DNA from: a virus
Lineage: Duplodnaviria > Heunggongvirae > Uroviricota > Caudoviricetes
Direction: 5' to 3' (one strand)
IMG/VR virus record: IMGVR_UViG_3300013021_000001
DNA: 44,547 nt
The notes under the pieces are model-generated. The model searched no databases and was not told where the DNA came from. It saw nothing but the letters and a program-made list of their open reading frames with translations. Both the position numbers and the translations under genes were made by a program. Shown here piece after piece: positions 35,578-44,547 of this stretch. Positions within the stretch are counted from its first letter, which is position 1, and the number at the start of each line of letters is the position of its first letter.

Positions 35578-36111
35578 ATGGACTTTAAAAAAGAATTAGA
35601 ACTTTTAAGGTGGCTGGCCCAGGGGGTCAGCTTAAAAAAGGGAGAATTTTCTAAAGGGCTTACTTTCGACAATATAAATAGCTCAATTGCTGATTATATC
35701 AATCATTACTATAGTATTGGTGCTAAATCTGAAACGAGAGAGTGGGAATGTTCTAAAGTAAAAACAACACAGCATGATGAAAAAATATATTTAGATATTC
35801 CATCTGACCATTATGGTGCCTATGAAAAAAGTTATTTCATGCCTTTAAGAGAATTTATTTATGATTATCATGAAAGAATAATTGAGGATATTATGGAAGA
35901 AAACAATCTTTTTCAGGAAAAATACTATGAAATGCTTGAAGATGGAATTTTAGATGATGAAATTGACCTACAGGAACCATATGAACTATATTTAATCGAA
36001 AAATTTGCCAGTGACTACATTGACTATCTAACAGAGTGGGGCGATATTCATATCCTGATTGAACAAAAAAGAAAAATCAAATCAGGGTGGATGAATTATT
36101 TTAAGGAGTGA
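35578..36111 (+). CDS. Hypothetical acidic protein
   Basis: AGGAGGG RBS. Confidence 0.75.
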   Translation: MDFKKELELLRWLAQGVSLKKGEFSKGLTFDNINSSIADYINHYYSIGAKSETREWECSKVKTTQHDEKIYLDIPSDHYGAYEKSYFMPLREFIYDYHERIIEDIMEENNLFQEKYYEMLEDGILDDEIDLQEPYELYLIEKFASDYIDYLTEWGDIHILIEQKRKIKSGWMNYFKE

Positions 36112-36112
36112 T

Positions 36113-36589
36113 TTGATGCTTGACTATAATAAAAAAGCAAGGGAAAAAATCAAAGAAAAAATAAATTACTTTGACGATGAAGAAGAAAAAATAATTGACT
36201 GTATGTTAATTGATTACGGACATCAGTTTTTAGATGAAATAAGCCAGTATGCAAAAGAAACTACCTGGATGGCTGACACCGAATCAGTAATGAAAGAGGA
36301 TATAATAAACGACGAAATAGATGGTTTAGATGACCTAATTGCTACCTTCGAAGATGGTTGGCAGGAAACAGATAATTTTAGATTTAAAGTTTGCCTTCCA
36401 ATTTATAATAAAGTATCAGACGCAGCAAATCAGGTACTTCCAGATAATATTGACTCAGAATATAAATCACTTACCATTTCTGAAATGACATTCGAAATAA
36501 TTAAGGAAATTTTCTGGGAGCCATATCATAAGTATCATAATAGTTATGAAATAGGAAGAAAATTATTAAAGGAGAGTTTAACTAAATGA
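36113..36589 (+). CDS. Hypothetical acidic protein
   Basis: AGGAGTG RBS. Confidence 0.75.
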   Translation: MMLDYNKKAREKIKEKINYFDDEEEKIIDCMLIDYGHQFLDEISQYAKETTWMADTESVMKEDIINDEIDGLDDLIATFEDGWQETDNFRFKVCLPIYNKVSDAANQVLPDNIDSEYKSLTISEMTFEIIKEIFWEPYHKYHNSYEIGRKLLKESLTK

Positions 36590-36942
36590 TTGAATATAAG
36601 AACCGAGAATATTGCAAAGATGTTGAGTGTGACATACAGGATTTAATTGATAATGGTAACGGGACAGAATTGAGCAAAGAACTATCTAAGGTTTTCGCTA
36701 AACCGTTTTGTAAAAATCAATGTGAAGCCTATAAATTCCACAAGTGGCTTCAAGAGCATGATTACAAAATAGTAAAAGCTAAAATTGTAAGCGAACATGA
36801 AGAAATGGACAAAGAGTTTGAGGGCATATCAGAAATGATAGAGTTTACACCAGAAGATTCAAGTAAACAGGTATTAAATGAGTTGCTAAATGATATTAAG
36901 GATATAGCAGATACTAATTATGGCAAATGGAGGGATGTATAA
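36586..36942 (+). CDS. Hypothetical two-module protein (Cys-rich N-terminus; C-terminus duplicated at ~10070-10255)
   Basis: REYCKDVEC...FCKNQCEAYKFHKWL plus EMDKEFEG...YGKWR. Confidence 0.75.
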   Translation: MIEYKNREYCKDVECDIQDLIDNGNGTELSKELSKVFAKPFCKNQCEAYKFHKWLQEHDYKIVKAKIVSEHEEMDKEFEGISEMIEFTPEDSSKQVLNELLNDIKDIADTNYGKWRDV

Positions 36943-36943
36943 A

Positions 36944-37324
36944 ATGAAAACCAAAAAGTTTGATGATATATTTTACAGAGATAAACTTGCTGATGAGATA
37001 GCAAATTCTAGAATTGAAATGAGCGGAGATGACCATGAAGAAGGTTCAAATTTATGGGGTGTAGAAATTCTTGTTGACGGAGCTTTGGGACAGTTTAAAA
37101 CACAGGCTCTACTTGATATTTTCACAGAAGAAGGACTGACAGAAGAAGAATATAAAAAAGACACCTTTAAATACATGGACGAGTGGACTTTATATATCAG
37201 ACAGGATGTTGAAGAAATGCTCAATGAAGAAATGTCTGAACACTTAGAAGAAGAGGAGTTTCTTGTTTTAGAACCGGGAGATTCAGGAGATATGTGGATA
37301 GCATTACAGAAAGGTGATTTTTAA
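36944..37324 (+). CDS. Hypothetical acidic protein
   Basis: Start after GGAGGG. Confidence 0.75.
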   Translation: MKTKKFDDIFYRDKLADEIANSRIEMSGDDHEEGSNLWGVEILVDGALGQFKTQALLDIFTEEGLTEEEYKKDTFKYMDEWTLYIRQDVEEMLNEEMSEHLEEEEFLVLEPGDSGDMWIALQKGDF

Positions 37325-38580
37325 TGTACACTTTTAATGGTTTATATACAGGCTTGCCTGTTAAAGTCTGGATTGATGAAAGTGAAGATTTAGATGATAA
37401 CACATTTAAAGAAGCAGTAGAAATATCAAAGCTCCCATACGCTAAATCACACATAGCATTGATGCCTGATGTACACGCTACGGGCTACCATATGCCAGTT
37501 GGCGGGGTTTTAGCTACAAAGGATGTTATAGTACCTGATGCAGTCTCGAACGATATAGGGTGCGGTGTCGCCTTTATACAGACAGATATTGAGGCCTGCT
37601 TTATGCAAACAACACACATGGATTCAGGAACAGTTGCTCAGGAACTGGTTGGGTCAATTATGAGAGATTTACCAACAGGATTTCAGCACTGCAAAAAAGA
37701 AGAAAACAAAGATAACATGGAGCTTCTAAATCTAATTAATAATTTAAACTATGGTGGAGATATTGAAGAAAAACCTCTTTTAATGGAAGCTGTCATGGAG
37801 TCTATGGAAATTGTTGGAAGTCTAGGAGGTGGCAACCACTTCGTTGAGCTACAGGAAAACAAAGAGGGTAATCTTGCAATTATGATTCACACCGGCTCCA
37901 GAAGTGTTGGCGCTAAAATAAACTCTCATTTTAGTAAGTTAGCAAAAAGTTTAAATAAAAAATGGTATGTTGATGTTTTATCTGATGATGTAACAATGCC
38001 CTTTTTACCACTCGATAGTGATGAGGGTCAGGAATATATGAAATTCATGAATTTTGCCTTAAAAGTTGCTGAGTTAAATAGAGATAAAATTATGGATTTA
38101 GTTCTAAATAAGACTATTGATTTACTTAAAAAAAGAGGTCTTATTGATAATTATAAAATTACAAGAAGATTAAATGTCCACCACAATTATGCTGCCTATG
38201 AAAATGTGAACGGTGTTAACTACATGGTGCATAGGAAAGGAGCTGTGCGGGCCAGAGGTACAGATATGGTGCCTATTCCAGGAGCAATGGGTTCATCTTC
38301 CTTTATTGCTCAGGGTCTTGGGAATGATGCTTCATTCAAGTCCTGCAGCCATGGAGCCGGGAGAACTCACACCAGAACTGCAGCCAAAGAAGAATATTCA
38401 GTGCAAGAGGTTATGGAAGATTTAAAAGAAAAGAATGTTGTACTTGGTAAAACTAATAAAAAAGATGTTGCAGAAGAATACATGAAGGCATATAAAGACA
38501 TTCATCAGGTTATGGAAAATCAAAAAGATTTAGTATCCGTGATTGATGAACTAAAAACTATTGCAGTTATTAAAGGTTAG
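37324..38580 (+). CDS. rtcB: RtcB-family RNA 3'-phosphate/5'-OH ligase
   Basis: MPDVH, NDIGCG, GGGNHFVE, HTGSR, HHNY, HRKGA, PGAMG, SCSHGAGR. Confidence 0.96.
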   Translation: MYTFNGLYTGLPVKVWIDESEDLDDNTFKEAVEISKLPYAKSHIALMPDVHATGYHMPVGGVLATKDVIVPDAVSNDIGCGVAFIQTDIEACFMQTTHMDSGTVAQELVGSIMRDLPTGFQHCKKEENKDNMELLNLINNLNYGGDIEEKPLLMEAVMESMEIVGSLGGGNHFVELQENKEGNLAIMIHTGSRSVGAKINSHFSKLAKSLNKKWYVDVLSDDVTMPFLPLDSDEGQEYMKFMNFALKVAELNRDKIMDLVLNKTIDLLKKRGLIDNYKITRRLNVHHNYAAYENVNGVNYMVHRKGAVRARGTDMVPIPGAMGSSSFIAQGLGNDASFKSCSHGAGRTHTRTAAKEEYSVQEVMEDLKEKNVVLGKTNKKDVAEEYMKAYKDIHQVMENQKDLVSVIDELKTIAVIKG

Positions 38581-38592
38581 GAGGCATAAATA

Positions 38593-38772
38593 ATGAGAGT
38601 ATATGAAATAGAGAGCAAAAATGGAAGTACACTTTGTGCTTTTAGAGTAGATGATAATGGTAATGTAATAGAAACTTCAAAAAACGTAAGACACCATGAC
38701 TCTGATGGAGATTATATTTTTGAATCAAAAGACCAATTAGAAAGAATTCAACTAAAAAAAAGGGAGGAATAA
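38593..38772 (+). CDS. 59-aa hypothetical protein (below track cutoff)
   Basis: GAGG RBS; fills the operon gap. Confidence 0.55.
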   Translation: MRVYEIESKNGSTLCAFRVDDNGNVIETSKNVRHHDSDGDYIFESKDQLERIQLKKREE

Positions 38773-38775
38773 ATA

Positions 38776-39108
38776 ATGAGTAAAAAGTTTTTGAAGGATG
38801 TAGTAAATGATTACGGTGATAAAATTACGCTAGACTTATATAAGGCAATGATTACTGATGACGCTATAGTAGTTTCTGAATATGAAAACCAAAAACATAA
38901 TGCGTGGTTAGTGGGCAACTTTCAAGTAATAGCTGCCGAGTTAGCTTCCGGTTTTGGTATGGGTATATTTGTTTACTCAAGCGTGGAAGAATACCTAGAC
39001 GAACACCAGGATACATGGATATTAGAAGAGAACAAGCACGAAACTTCAATGAAAAACATCTGTAGTACCCTTGATATTAATTATGCAGAATACGTAAGAG
39101 AGGTGTAA
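38776..39108 (+). CDS. Hypothetical protein
   Basis: GGAGG RBS. Confidence 0.75.
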   Translation: MSKKFLKDVVNDYGDKITLDLYKAMITDDAIVVSEYENQKHNAWLVGNFQVIAAELASGFGMGIFVYSSVEEYLDEHQDTWILEENKHETSMKNICSTLDINYAEYVREV

Positions 39109-39111
39109 ATA

Positions 39112-39441
39112 ATGGATAAATTATTATCAAAAGAATACATCAAAAAAGAAGGATTTCCTAAAGAATTAAAGATTCAGGTCTATTATGATAAAGGTGGCTG
39201 GAATTATTTTAGCGGAGATAAAGAAAAAAGAGGTTATTACCTATCAGTAACACCTGTGACTGTAAATAGAAGAGAAAACGGAAGTATTATGTCTGTAGAA
39301 ACAACAGCTTTCAGCGGCACTAAAATGCTGATTAAAGAAGTTAATAGAAGAAGCAAAAAAAGAAGTCAGGAAGCACTTGAGATAGCTGAAGATAAAAAGG
39401 AAGAGCTTATTGAGTACGTAATAGCAGACCAAAAAGCTTAA
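39112..39441 (+). CDS. Hypothetical phage protein
   Basis: YYDKGGWNYF...RGYYLSVTPV. Confidence 0.75.
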   Translation: MDKLLSKEYIKKEGFPKELKIQVYYDKGGWNYFSGDKEKRGYYLSVTPVTVNRRENGSIMSVETTAFSGTKMLIKEVNRRSKKRSQEALEIAEDKKEELIEYVIADQKA

Positions 39442-39453
39442 AGGAGGATTAAG

Positions 39454-39969
39454 ATGAATATTAAAGAAGCAACAAACAAATGGATTAATGAGTTTAATTT
39501 TGTTTCAGAGGCTTTAATCAAAAATGCTGTAGGAGATGACTTAAGTGACTGGATTGATTTGACACGAGATATTATAACAGTAGGTGAAATAGTCTATTAT
39601 GATGGAGAAGATTGGGAAGTCTTAGAAGTTGACGGCGAATTTCTTACTTTAGAACCTTTAGACGATGAGCTTGAAAATGTTGAGGTAAAAACTTGGGAGG
39701 TTGAACCTGAATACGACGATTATTCGGGATTATTCCCTATGTGGGGGACTCTTTTTAATCCTAAGAGTAGTTTTGACGAAGAGTGGATACAAAACAATTT
39801 AGATAAAGTAAAAGAATGTGGATTAAGAGCCTTTGAATATTACCCAACAGGAGATATTTTTCTGGGGGTAGACGGTGCCGGCTACAGTTTTATGGATAAT
39901 CACTGGATACCTTTATATAAGGCCAGAGGCTTACAGTGGCATGACTTTGAAGAGGAGGTAACAGAGTGA
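39454..39969 (+). CDS. Hypothetical phage protein
   Basis: PMWGT...GVDGAGYSF..HW.PLY. Confidence 0.75.
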   Translation: MNIKEATNKWINEFNFVSEALIKNAVGDDLSDWIDLTRDIITVGEIVYYDGEDWEVLEVDGEFLTLEPLDDELENVEVKTWEVEPEYDDYSGLFPMWGTLFNPKSSFDEEWIQNNLDKVKECGLRAFEYYPTGDIFLGVDGAGYSFMDNHWIPLYKARGLQWHDFEEEVTE

Positions 39970-40229
39970 AAAATAAAATTTTAATTGCTGACTCGGTAGA
40001 GGATGCTTTTACTAGAATAAATGATATGTACTGGGACTCTAAAAATGAAAATTCATTGAGTGATTTACTGGCTGGAATAGAAATTCATGGATTAAGTATA
40101 GAAGATGTCAGTAGTGTTTATGGGCTTCTTTTTTATCAAATTGAAGGAGATAAAACAGTAAGGCTTTTTTGGGAATATTTAGATGAAGGAAAATATGATA
40201 TTGATTTAGGCTGGAAATTGTGGGAATAA
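39966..40229 (+). CDS. Hypothetical protein
   Basis: GGAGG RBS, overlapped GTG start. Confidence 0.7.
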   Translation: MKNKILIADSVEDAFTRINDMYWDSKNENSLSDLLAGIEIHGLSIEDVSSVYGLLFYQIEGDKTVRLFWEYLDEGKYDIDLGWKLWE

Positions 40230-40244
40230 AAAAGGGGGATAAAA

Positions 40245-40457
40245 ATGGAACAAAAATATGTAATTATTGACTATATTCCAAACAAAAAAGAGTTAAGAGA
40301 TTTACCTGTTGATGTTACCTTTAGCTATTCACTAGAGGAGATGATAACAGACATTATTACAATAGCTGATAAGAAAGGTTTAAATGTTTTATATGAAGAA
40401 GATAACGATGGTGTCAGAAAAATACTTGAAGAATATTATCACAAAGGAGTGATGTAA
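40245..40457 (+). CDS. Hypothetical protein
   Basis: ORF with RBS. Confidence 0.7.
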   Translation: MEQKYVIIDYIPNKKELRDLPVDVTFSYSLEEMITDIITIADKKGLNVLYEEDNDGVRKILEEYYHKGVM

Positions 40458-41048
40458 ATGAAAGGGTTATATGAATTTGAGAATAAAAAAATACAATTTG
40501 TTGTTGACCACGACGATTTTGCAGAAAGTCCTAGAGTTTTATATGACAATCTTGGTACAGTTGTAGAATGGCATAGAAAAATGGATTTCGGAGATGAAAA
40601 AGTAGATGCTGGTAAATGCGATAATGAATTTGATGCACTCAAAAATCATGTTGGCAGTATGGATGGTTTGATTTATCTGCCTATATATATCTATCAGCAT
40701 GGAGGAGCTACTATTAGAACAACACCTTTTTCCAGTATGTGGGACAGCGGTCAGGTAGGGTGGATTTATGTAAAAGAAGAAGATTACAAAAAAAGAAATC
40801 TAACTAAAGAAAAGACAATAGAAACACTTGAAACAGAGATAAAATTACTTGATGAATGGATATCTGGTGAGGTTTATTCAGTTGCTATCTGGAACAAAGA
40901 AAAGTGCGACCATTGCGGTCATGTAGACTTGGAATTAGAAGATAACCTTCACGGCCTTTTCGGCTTTACAGAAGTAAAAGAATATGTCAAGAATATGTCT
41001 GATTATTTAGGAGAAAGTCTCACAAAAGAAATATTAAAAAAACTATAA
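40458..41048 (+). CDS. Hypothetical phage protein
   Basis: LPIYIYQHGG...WDSGQVGWIY. Confidence 0.75.
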   Translation: MKGLYEFENKKIQFVVDHDDFAESPRVLYDNLGTVVEWHRKMDFGDEKVDAGKCDNEFDALKNHVGSMDGLIYLPIYIYQHGGATIRTTPFSSMWDSGQVGWIYVKEEDYKKRNLTKEKTIETLETEIKLLDEWISGEVYSVAIWNKEKCDHCGHVDLELEDNLHGLFGFTEVKEYVKNMSDYLGESLTKEILKKL

Positions 41049-41059
41049 GGGGGTAAGCT

Positions 41060-41674
41060 ATGGAATATGGAAAAGAAATCTTTTTAGAGGCATATAATGA
41101 ATATCAAGAAATAATAAATGGTTTAGGTAATGATTTTGAGGCCCTTTATGATGATTTAGAAGGTTTGAATTACGAGGCTTTTGATGATGAGTTTAAAAGT
41201 TTTGATTTCAGCATAGGACCTTTAGAATCTACAATAAGATTAGTAGAAGGGAAAATAATTTTACCTAAAGAATTTATCTTCTACACAAATGATAGGCCTT
41301 GGGCTTATACAACTGGAACAAAAGAAGAGATTCTAAATCAATTAGAAAAGGAGGGGGCAAAAATGAAAAATGTATTAATTGAAGTAGAGGATAGTGTTGT
41401 TAGAGATGTTTTTGCATCAGAAAACATTGATGTATATATAAGAGATTATGATGCAGATGACTTTGAAAATGGTAAAACATGGGAAAAATATGAAGGTGGA
41501 TATACAAACTCAGAAGTCAAAGAAAAAATTCATGATAGAAAAGAAGCTTTAGAAAGGAAGGCTTTGTTTAAAAATCTTAAAGAACATTACCAAGCAGAAG
41601 AACTTGCAGTAATGACAATAACTGAGTTAAAATCTTGCTATAAAGCACAATATTTGAAAAGTTTTAAATTATAA
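41060..41674 (+). CDS. Hypothetical acidic protein with an internal in-frame RBS/ATG at 41363
   Basis: AAGGAGGGGGCAAAAATG inside the ORF. Confidence 0.7.
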   Translation: MEYGKEIFLEAYNEYQEIINGLGNDFEALYDDLEGLNYEAFDDEFKSFDFSIGPLESTIRLVEGKIILPKEFIFYTNDRPWAYTTGTKEEILNQLEKEGAKMKNVLIEVEDSVVRDVFASENIDVYIRDYDADDFENGKTWEKYEGGYTNSEVKEKIHDRKEALERKALFKNLKEHYQAEELAVMTITELKSCYKAQYLKSFKL

Positions 41675-41690
41675 TAAGGAGGGATTACAA

Positions 41691-42371
41691 ATGTTAAAAA
41701 CGCCTAATAAAGAACAGACAATATCTCTTTTTGCTTATTCTTTGGCAAAAATCGAAACAGAAGATAAAACTCCATATTTTTATGGTTCACTTCTAGAAAC
41801 TATGAATGAAATAAACAGAATTTATGAAAATAGATTCCTTGATATTTATAGTGTTTTATTAAAAGATTATGGTGAAGATTTATTGGATAATATAGGATAT
41901 GATATTTTGTGCGAAAGATTTATTGAAGGAGAGTTTAAAAAAGGGTTTAAAGACAGTTATGAGTTTGTTGACTATATGACAGAAGATATAAAAGAACTAG
42001 ATATGGTAAGCGATGCACTAAGCTCAATTAAGGAATCTAATAGGAATTTAGGTTTTGAAAAAGAAATGCTGATTGATTTATTTAAAAATTATGTTACAGA
42101 AAATGGTGCCCCTTTAGTAGGCTCAGGCTATTTTGCTGATAGCTTTACTGTTGAAATATCCAACAACTATAAAAATATTGAAGTAGTAAAGATGGGCTTA
42201 AAATTATGGGATATTATTAAAGATGAAATAAATCAAGACATCAATCAATATAATGACTTTAATCTCGATATGGAATTTGAAGATTTAATTTTAGGTTTTG
42301 GAATATACGAATATATAGAAATGCTCTTTAATGAGGTTTTTGAAAGCACGAAGGAGGAATCATATGTGTAA
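41691..42371 (+). CDS. Hypothetical acidic protein (paralog family B)
   Basis: C-terminal half resembles the 42364 ORF. Confidence 0.75.
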   Translation: MLKTPNKEQTISLFAYSLAKIETEDKTPYFYGSLLETMNEINRIYENRFLDIYSVLLKDYGEDLLDNIGYDILCERFIEGEFKKGFKDSYEFVDYMTEDIKELDMVSDALSSIKESNRNLGFEKEMLIDLFKNYVTENGAPLVGSGYFADSFTVEISNNYKNIEVVKMGLKLWDIIKDEINQDINQYNDFNLDMEFEDLILGFGIYEYIEMLFNEVFESTKEESYV

Positions 42372-42720
42372 AAGAACAGAAGAATATTTAGAATTTATCG
42401 AAGATATAAACAGAGATTTAGGATTTGAAGAATGGCTTGTGGATGATTTAAGAACTTCAGTTATTGAGGGCGAATATTCCGAAACCAATATCTCTGAAAA
42501 TGCTAACTATTACGAAAGTGAAGTATGGTCAATAGCTGATTTAAATACAATTGAACTTGCAGAAGAGTTAAGAGATTATATTCAACTTGAAATAAATAAA
42601 GAAATTGACCAGCTTGGACAATGCTATTTTGATATCCATGAGTTTGTTTCTATGGGCTTATACGAATATATATATGATTTAATTTCAAAAATTTATAGCG
42701 AGCTTGAATTAGATTATTAA
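42364..42720 (+). CDS. Hypothetical acidic protein (paralog family B)
   Basis: Start after AGGAGG; NR.LGFE...EIN..I.Q...G.YEYI shared with 41691 ORF. Confidence 0.75.
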   Translation: MCKRTEEYLEFIEDINRDLGFEEWLVDDLRTSVIEGEYSETNISENANYYESEVWSIADLNTIELAEELRDYIQLEINKEIDQLGQCYFDIHEFVSMGLYEYIYDLISKIYSELELDY

Positions 42721-42734
42721 TTTTAACACTCTAC

Positions 42735-42763
42735 TTGCAAAGTGGTTCAAGTTGTGTTAGAAT
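42735..42763 (+). promoter_or_regulatory. SigA-type promoter for ssb2-recA
   Basis: TTGCAA-17 nt-TAGAAT with extended -10 TG. Confidence 0.75.
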
Positions 42764-42816
42764 TAAACTACTGGTTTAGTAATGTAAAGTAAACACATCA
42801 CAAAAGAGGTGAATGA

Positions 42817-43281
42817 ATGTATTTTAAAGGAACGGCAATCGGCAGGCTTACAAAAGACCCGAAGCTAAGAAAAACTAAGACAGATAAGTCTGTCTGCAAC
42901 TTCACAATAGCAGTTAACAATCCATTTTCAAAAACAGATGATGATACACAGTTTGTTAAAGTTACATGCTGGAACGGGCAGGCAGAGGCTGCTAATAATA
43001 ATCTAGGTAAGGGAAGACTTGTAATGGTCCAGGGCGATGTCAAGTTGGAAGAATTTCAGAGCAATACATCAGATAAAATTCTTTCAGACATAGTAATTAC
43101 CGCAAATGAAATAAGATATCTAGATTTTCCTGATGGAAAAAGTGTAAGCAAAAATCCTAAAAGAGATATAGAAAAACTAGATGGCCAAAAAGAAAATATA
43201 AGTGAGGATAATGTAGAGGATTTTGACACTGAAGATTATACAGATGATGAAGACGCTTATGATTTTGATGTACCATTTTGA
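42817..43281 (+). CDS. ssb: Second, divergent single-stranded DNA-binding protein
   Basis: IGRLTKDPKLR...VCNFTIAVN...KGRLVMVQG; acidic tail ending FDVPF. Confidence 0.92.
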   Translation: MYFKGTAIGRLTKDPKLRKTKTDKSVCNFTIAVNNPFSKTDDDTQFVKVTCWNGQAEAANNNLGKGRLVMVQGDVKLEEFQSNTSDKILSDIVITANEIRYLDFPDGKSVSKNPKRDIEKLDGQKENISEDNVEDFDTEDYTDDEDAYDFDVPF

Positions 43282-43299
43282 TTAAAGGAGGAGTAGAAT

Positions 43300-44430
43300 T
43301 TGAATAAAGAATTAGATAAAGCCATGAAGCAGATTAAAAAGTCTTACGGTGAAGATGCATTATTTTCAGGTGCTGACAGAGAAAAGCTAGAAATTAAATG
43401 GATATCAACAGGTGTTTTAGATATCGACCTTGCAACCCAGCCTAATACTGGTGGTGGAGGAATACCTATTGGCCGTATTATTGAAATATATGGACCAGAG
43501 GGTTCTGGTAAAACGACTTTAGTACTGTCAATTATAGCTCAGGCTCAAAAAGATGGACATAAATGTGCTTTTTTCGACGCAGAAAACTCATACAACCCTG
43601 ATTTTGCTGACCTTTTTGGTGTAAAAACTGAAGATTTAATTATGTCACAGAAATCAGAAGGTGAATCAGTACTTGATGTTATTGAGGCACTTGCTAAAAC
43701 TGGTGAGGTAAGACTAATTGCTATTGATTCAGTAGCTGCACTCTCTGCAGCAGCAATTCTGACATCTTCAATGGAAGACCAACAGATGGCCGTAGACGCT
43801 CGTATGTGGTCTAAAGCAATGAAGAAATTAAAGGCTGTATTAAATAAAAATAAGTGTACATTAATTCTAATTAACCAGCTGAGAGAAAAGGTTGGTCAGC
43901 TTTATGGAGACCCCTCAATAACTCCTGGTGGTCGAGCAATTAAATTTTATAGCGACCAACGTATAGAAGTTAAAAAACGTGACACCTTTAGTGAGGGGTC
44001 AGGCGATACTCTTGTGGTTCACGGACATAGATTGAGAGCACGAATTATTAAAAACAAAGTTGGTACTGTAGGAAGACAAGGGTTTGTAGACCTCTACTAC
44101 GATAAGGGATTTAATTTAAACAAGGATATTTTAGCAGCAGGAGAAAAAACAGGTGTCATTCAAAAAGCAGGTGGCTGGAGAACATATACTCCTTTAGGTG
44201 TTGAAGAAGGAAGCGAGAGAGAGTTAAAAGAAAACGGCATGGATAATTTCGTTCAGGCTATTTACTCTTTAGATAATCCAGACTTAATGCTAAAAGAGAT
44301 AAAAGAAAGAATACTACTCGGAAGAGAAGAACCTTTATATTATGCAGAAGATGATGCAGAAATTAATACAGAAGGGGATGTAGAAGAAGATGAACAGACT
44401 GGAGCAGAAAAGGAAAAGGTGCCTGCTTAA
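43300..44430 (+). CDS. recA: RecA recombinase (phage-encoded)
   Basis: GRIIEIYGPEGSGKTT, FFDAE, IAIDSVAAL, INQLREKVG, PGGRAIKFY, IIKNKV. Confidence 0.97.
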   Translation: MNKELDKAMKQIKKSYGEDALFSGADREKLEIKWISTGVLDIDLATQPNTGGGGIPIGRIIEIYGPEGSGKTTLVLSIIAQAQKDGHKCAFFDAENSYNPDFADLFGVKTEDLIMSQKSEGESVLDVIEALAKTGEVRLIAIDSVAALSAAAILTSSMEDQQMAVDARMWSKAMKKLKAVLNKNKCTLILINQLREKVGQLYGDPSITPGGRAIKFYSDQRIEVKKRDTFSEGSGDTLVVHGHRLRARIIKNKVGTVGRQGFVDLYYDKGFNLNKDILAAGEKTGVIQKAGGWRTYTPLGVEEGSERELKENGMDNFVQAIYSLDNPDLMLKEIKERILLGREEPLYYAEDDAEINTEGDVEEDEQTGAEKEKVPA

Positions 44431-44547
44431 AGAAGGGGTCATTAAAAAGTGTATATATGCTGAAAAAATGACAAAAAGCGCTCTAATCCACAAAAATATA
44501 ATGGACAGAAAAAAAAGTGATGATTATTATTTTTGCCCCGCAAATGG

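Noticed and set aside
425-43043. Minus-strand and alternate-frame ORFs in the track (e.g. 432-767, 8112-8498, 16087-16523, 22606-22917, 36973-37454, 42798-43043)
   Set aside because: Shadows of well-supported + strand genes; no RBS or recognisable motifs

Overview
This is a segment of a large, low-GC bacteriophage genome. The host is probably a Firmicute; the host-like SSB and acidic proteome suggest a halophilic anaerobe such as Halanaerobiales (inference). Essentially all real genes are on the + strand. Layout: (1) 1-4000 holds the end of an ORF, a promoter-driven structured non-coding stretch on the minus strand, and a multi-repeat origin/terminus-like region. (2) 4000-13300 holds small early-type genes, including a macro domain, a Bro-N antirepressor, SSB and CYTH. 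(3) 13350-17260 is an RNA-gene array with one canonical tRNA-Ser(GCT), interrupted by a non-autonomous IS200/IS605 tnpB element and a NeuB-family gene. (4) Next come a DUF2828/TROVE-like vWA gene, an Rnl2-type RNA ligase, a HAD RNA-repair-type phosphatase, PhoH, an SNF2 helicase, a C5 methyltransferase, a Zn-repeat endonuclease, acidic genes including an Ocr-like candidate, RtcB, a second SSB and RecA. Main candidate for an undescribed system: nine small RNAs share an unpaired (A)CAGCAA motif beside a helix. Five are tRNA bodies with a 37-55 nt hairpin-ACAGCAA module inserted in the 5' side of the anticodon arm. Four are free-standing stems, two or three of which display tRNA anticodon loops (Gly-TCC, Tyr-GTA, weaker Val-GAC). 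The array ends 29 bp upstream of a Ro60-like vWA protein gene, in a genome carrying two RNA ligase types and an end-healing phosphatase. The structures are seen in the sequence. The function (anticodon decoy or tRNA-repair RNP against host anticodon nucleases) is a hypothesis. Family assignments come from motif recognition, not database searches.
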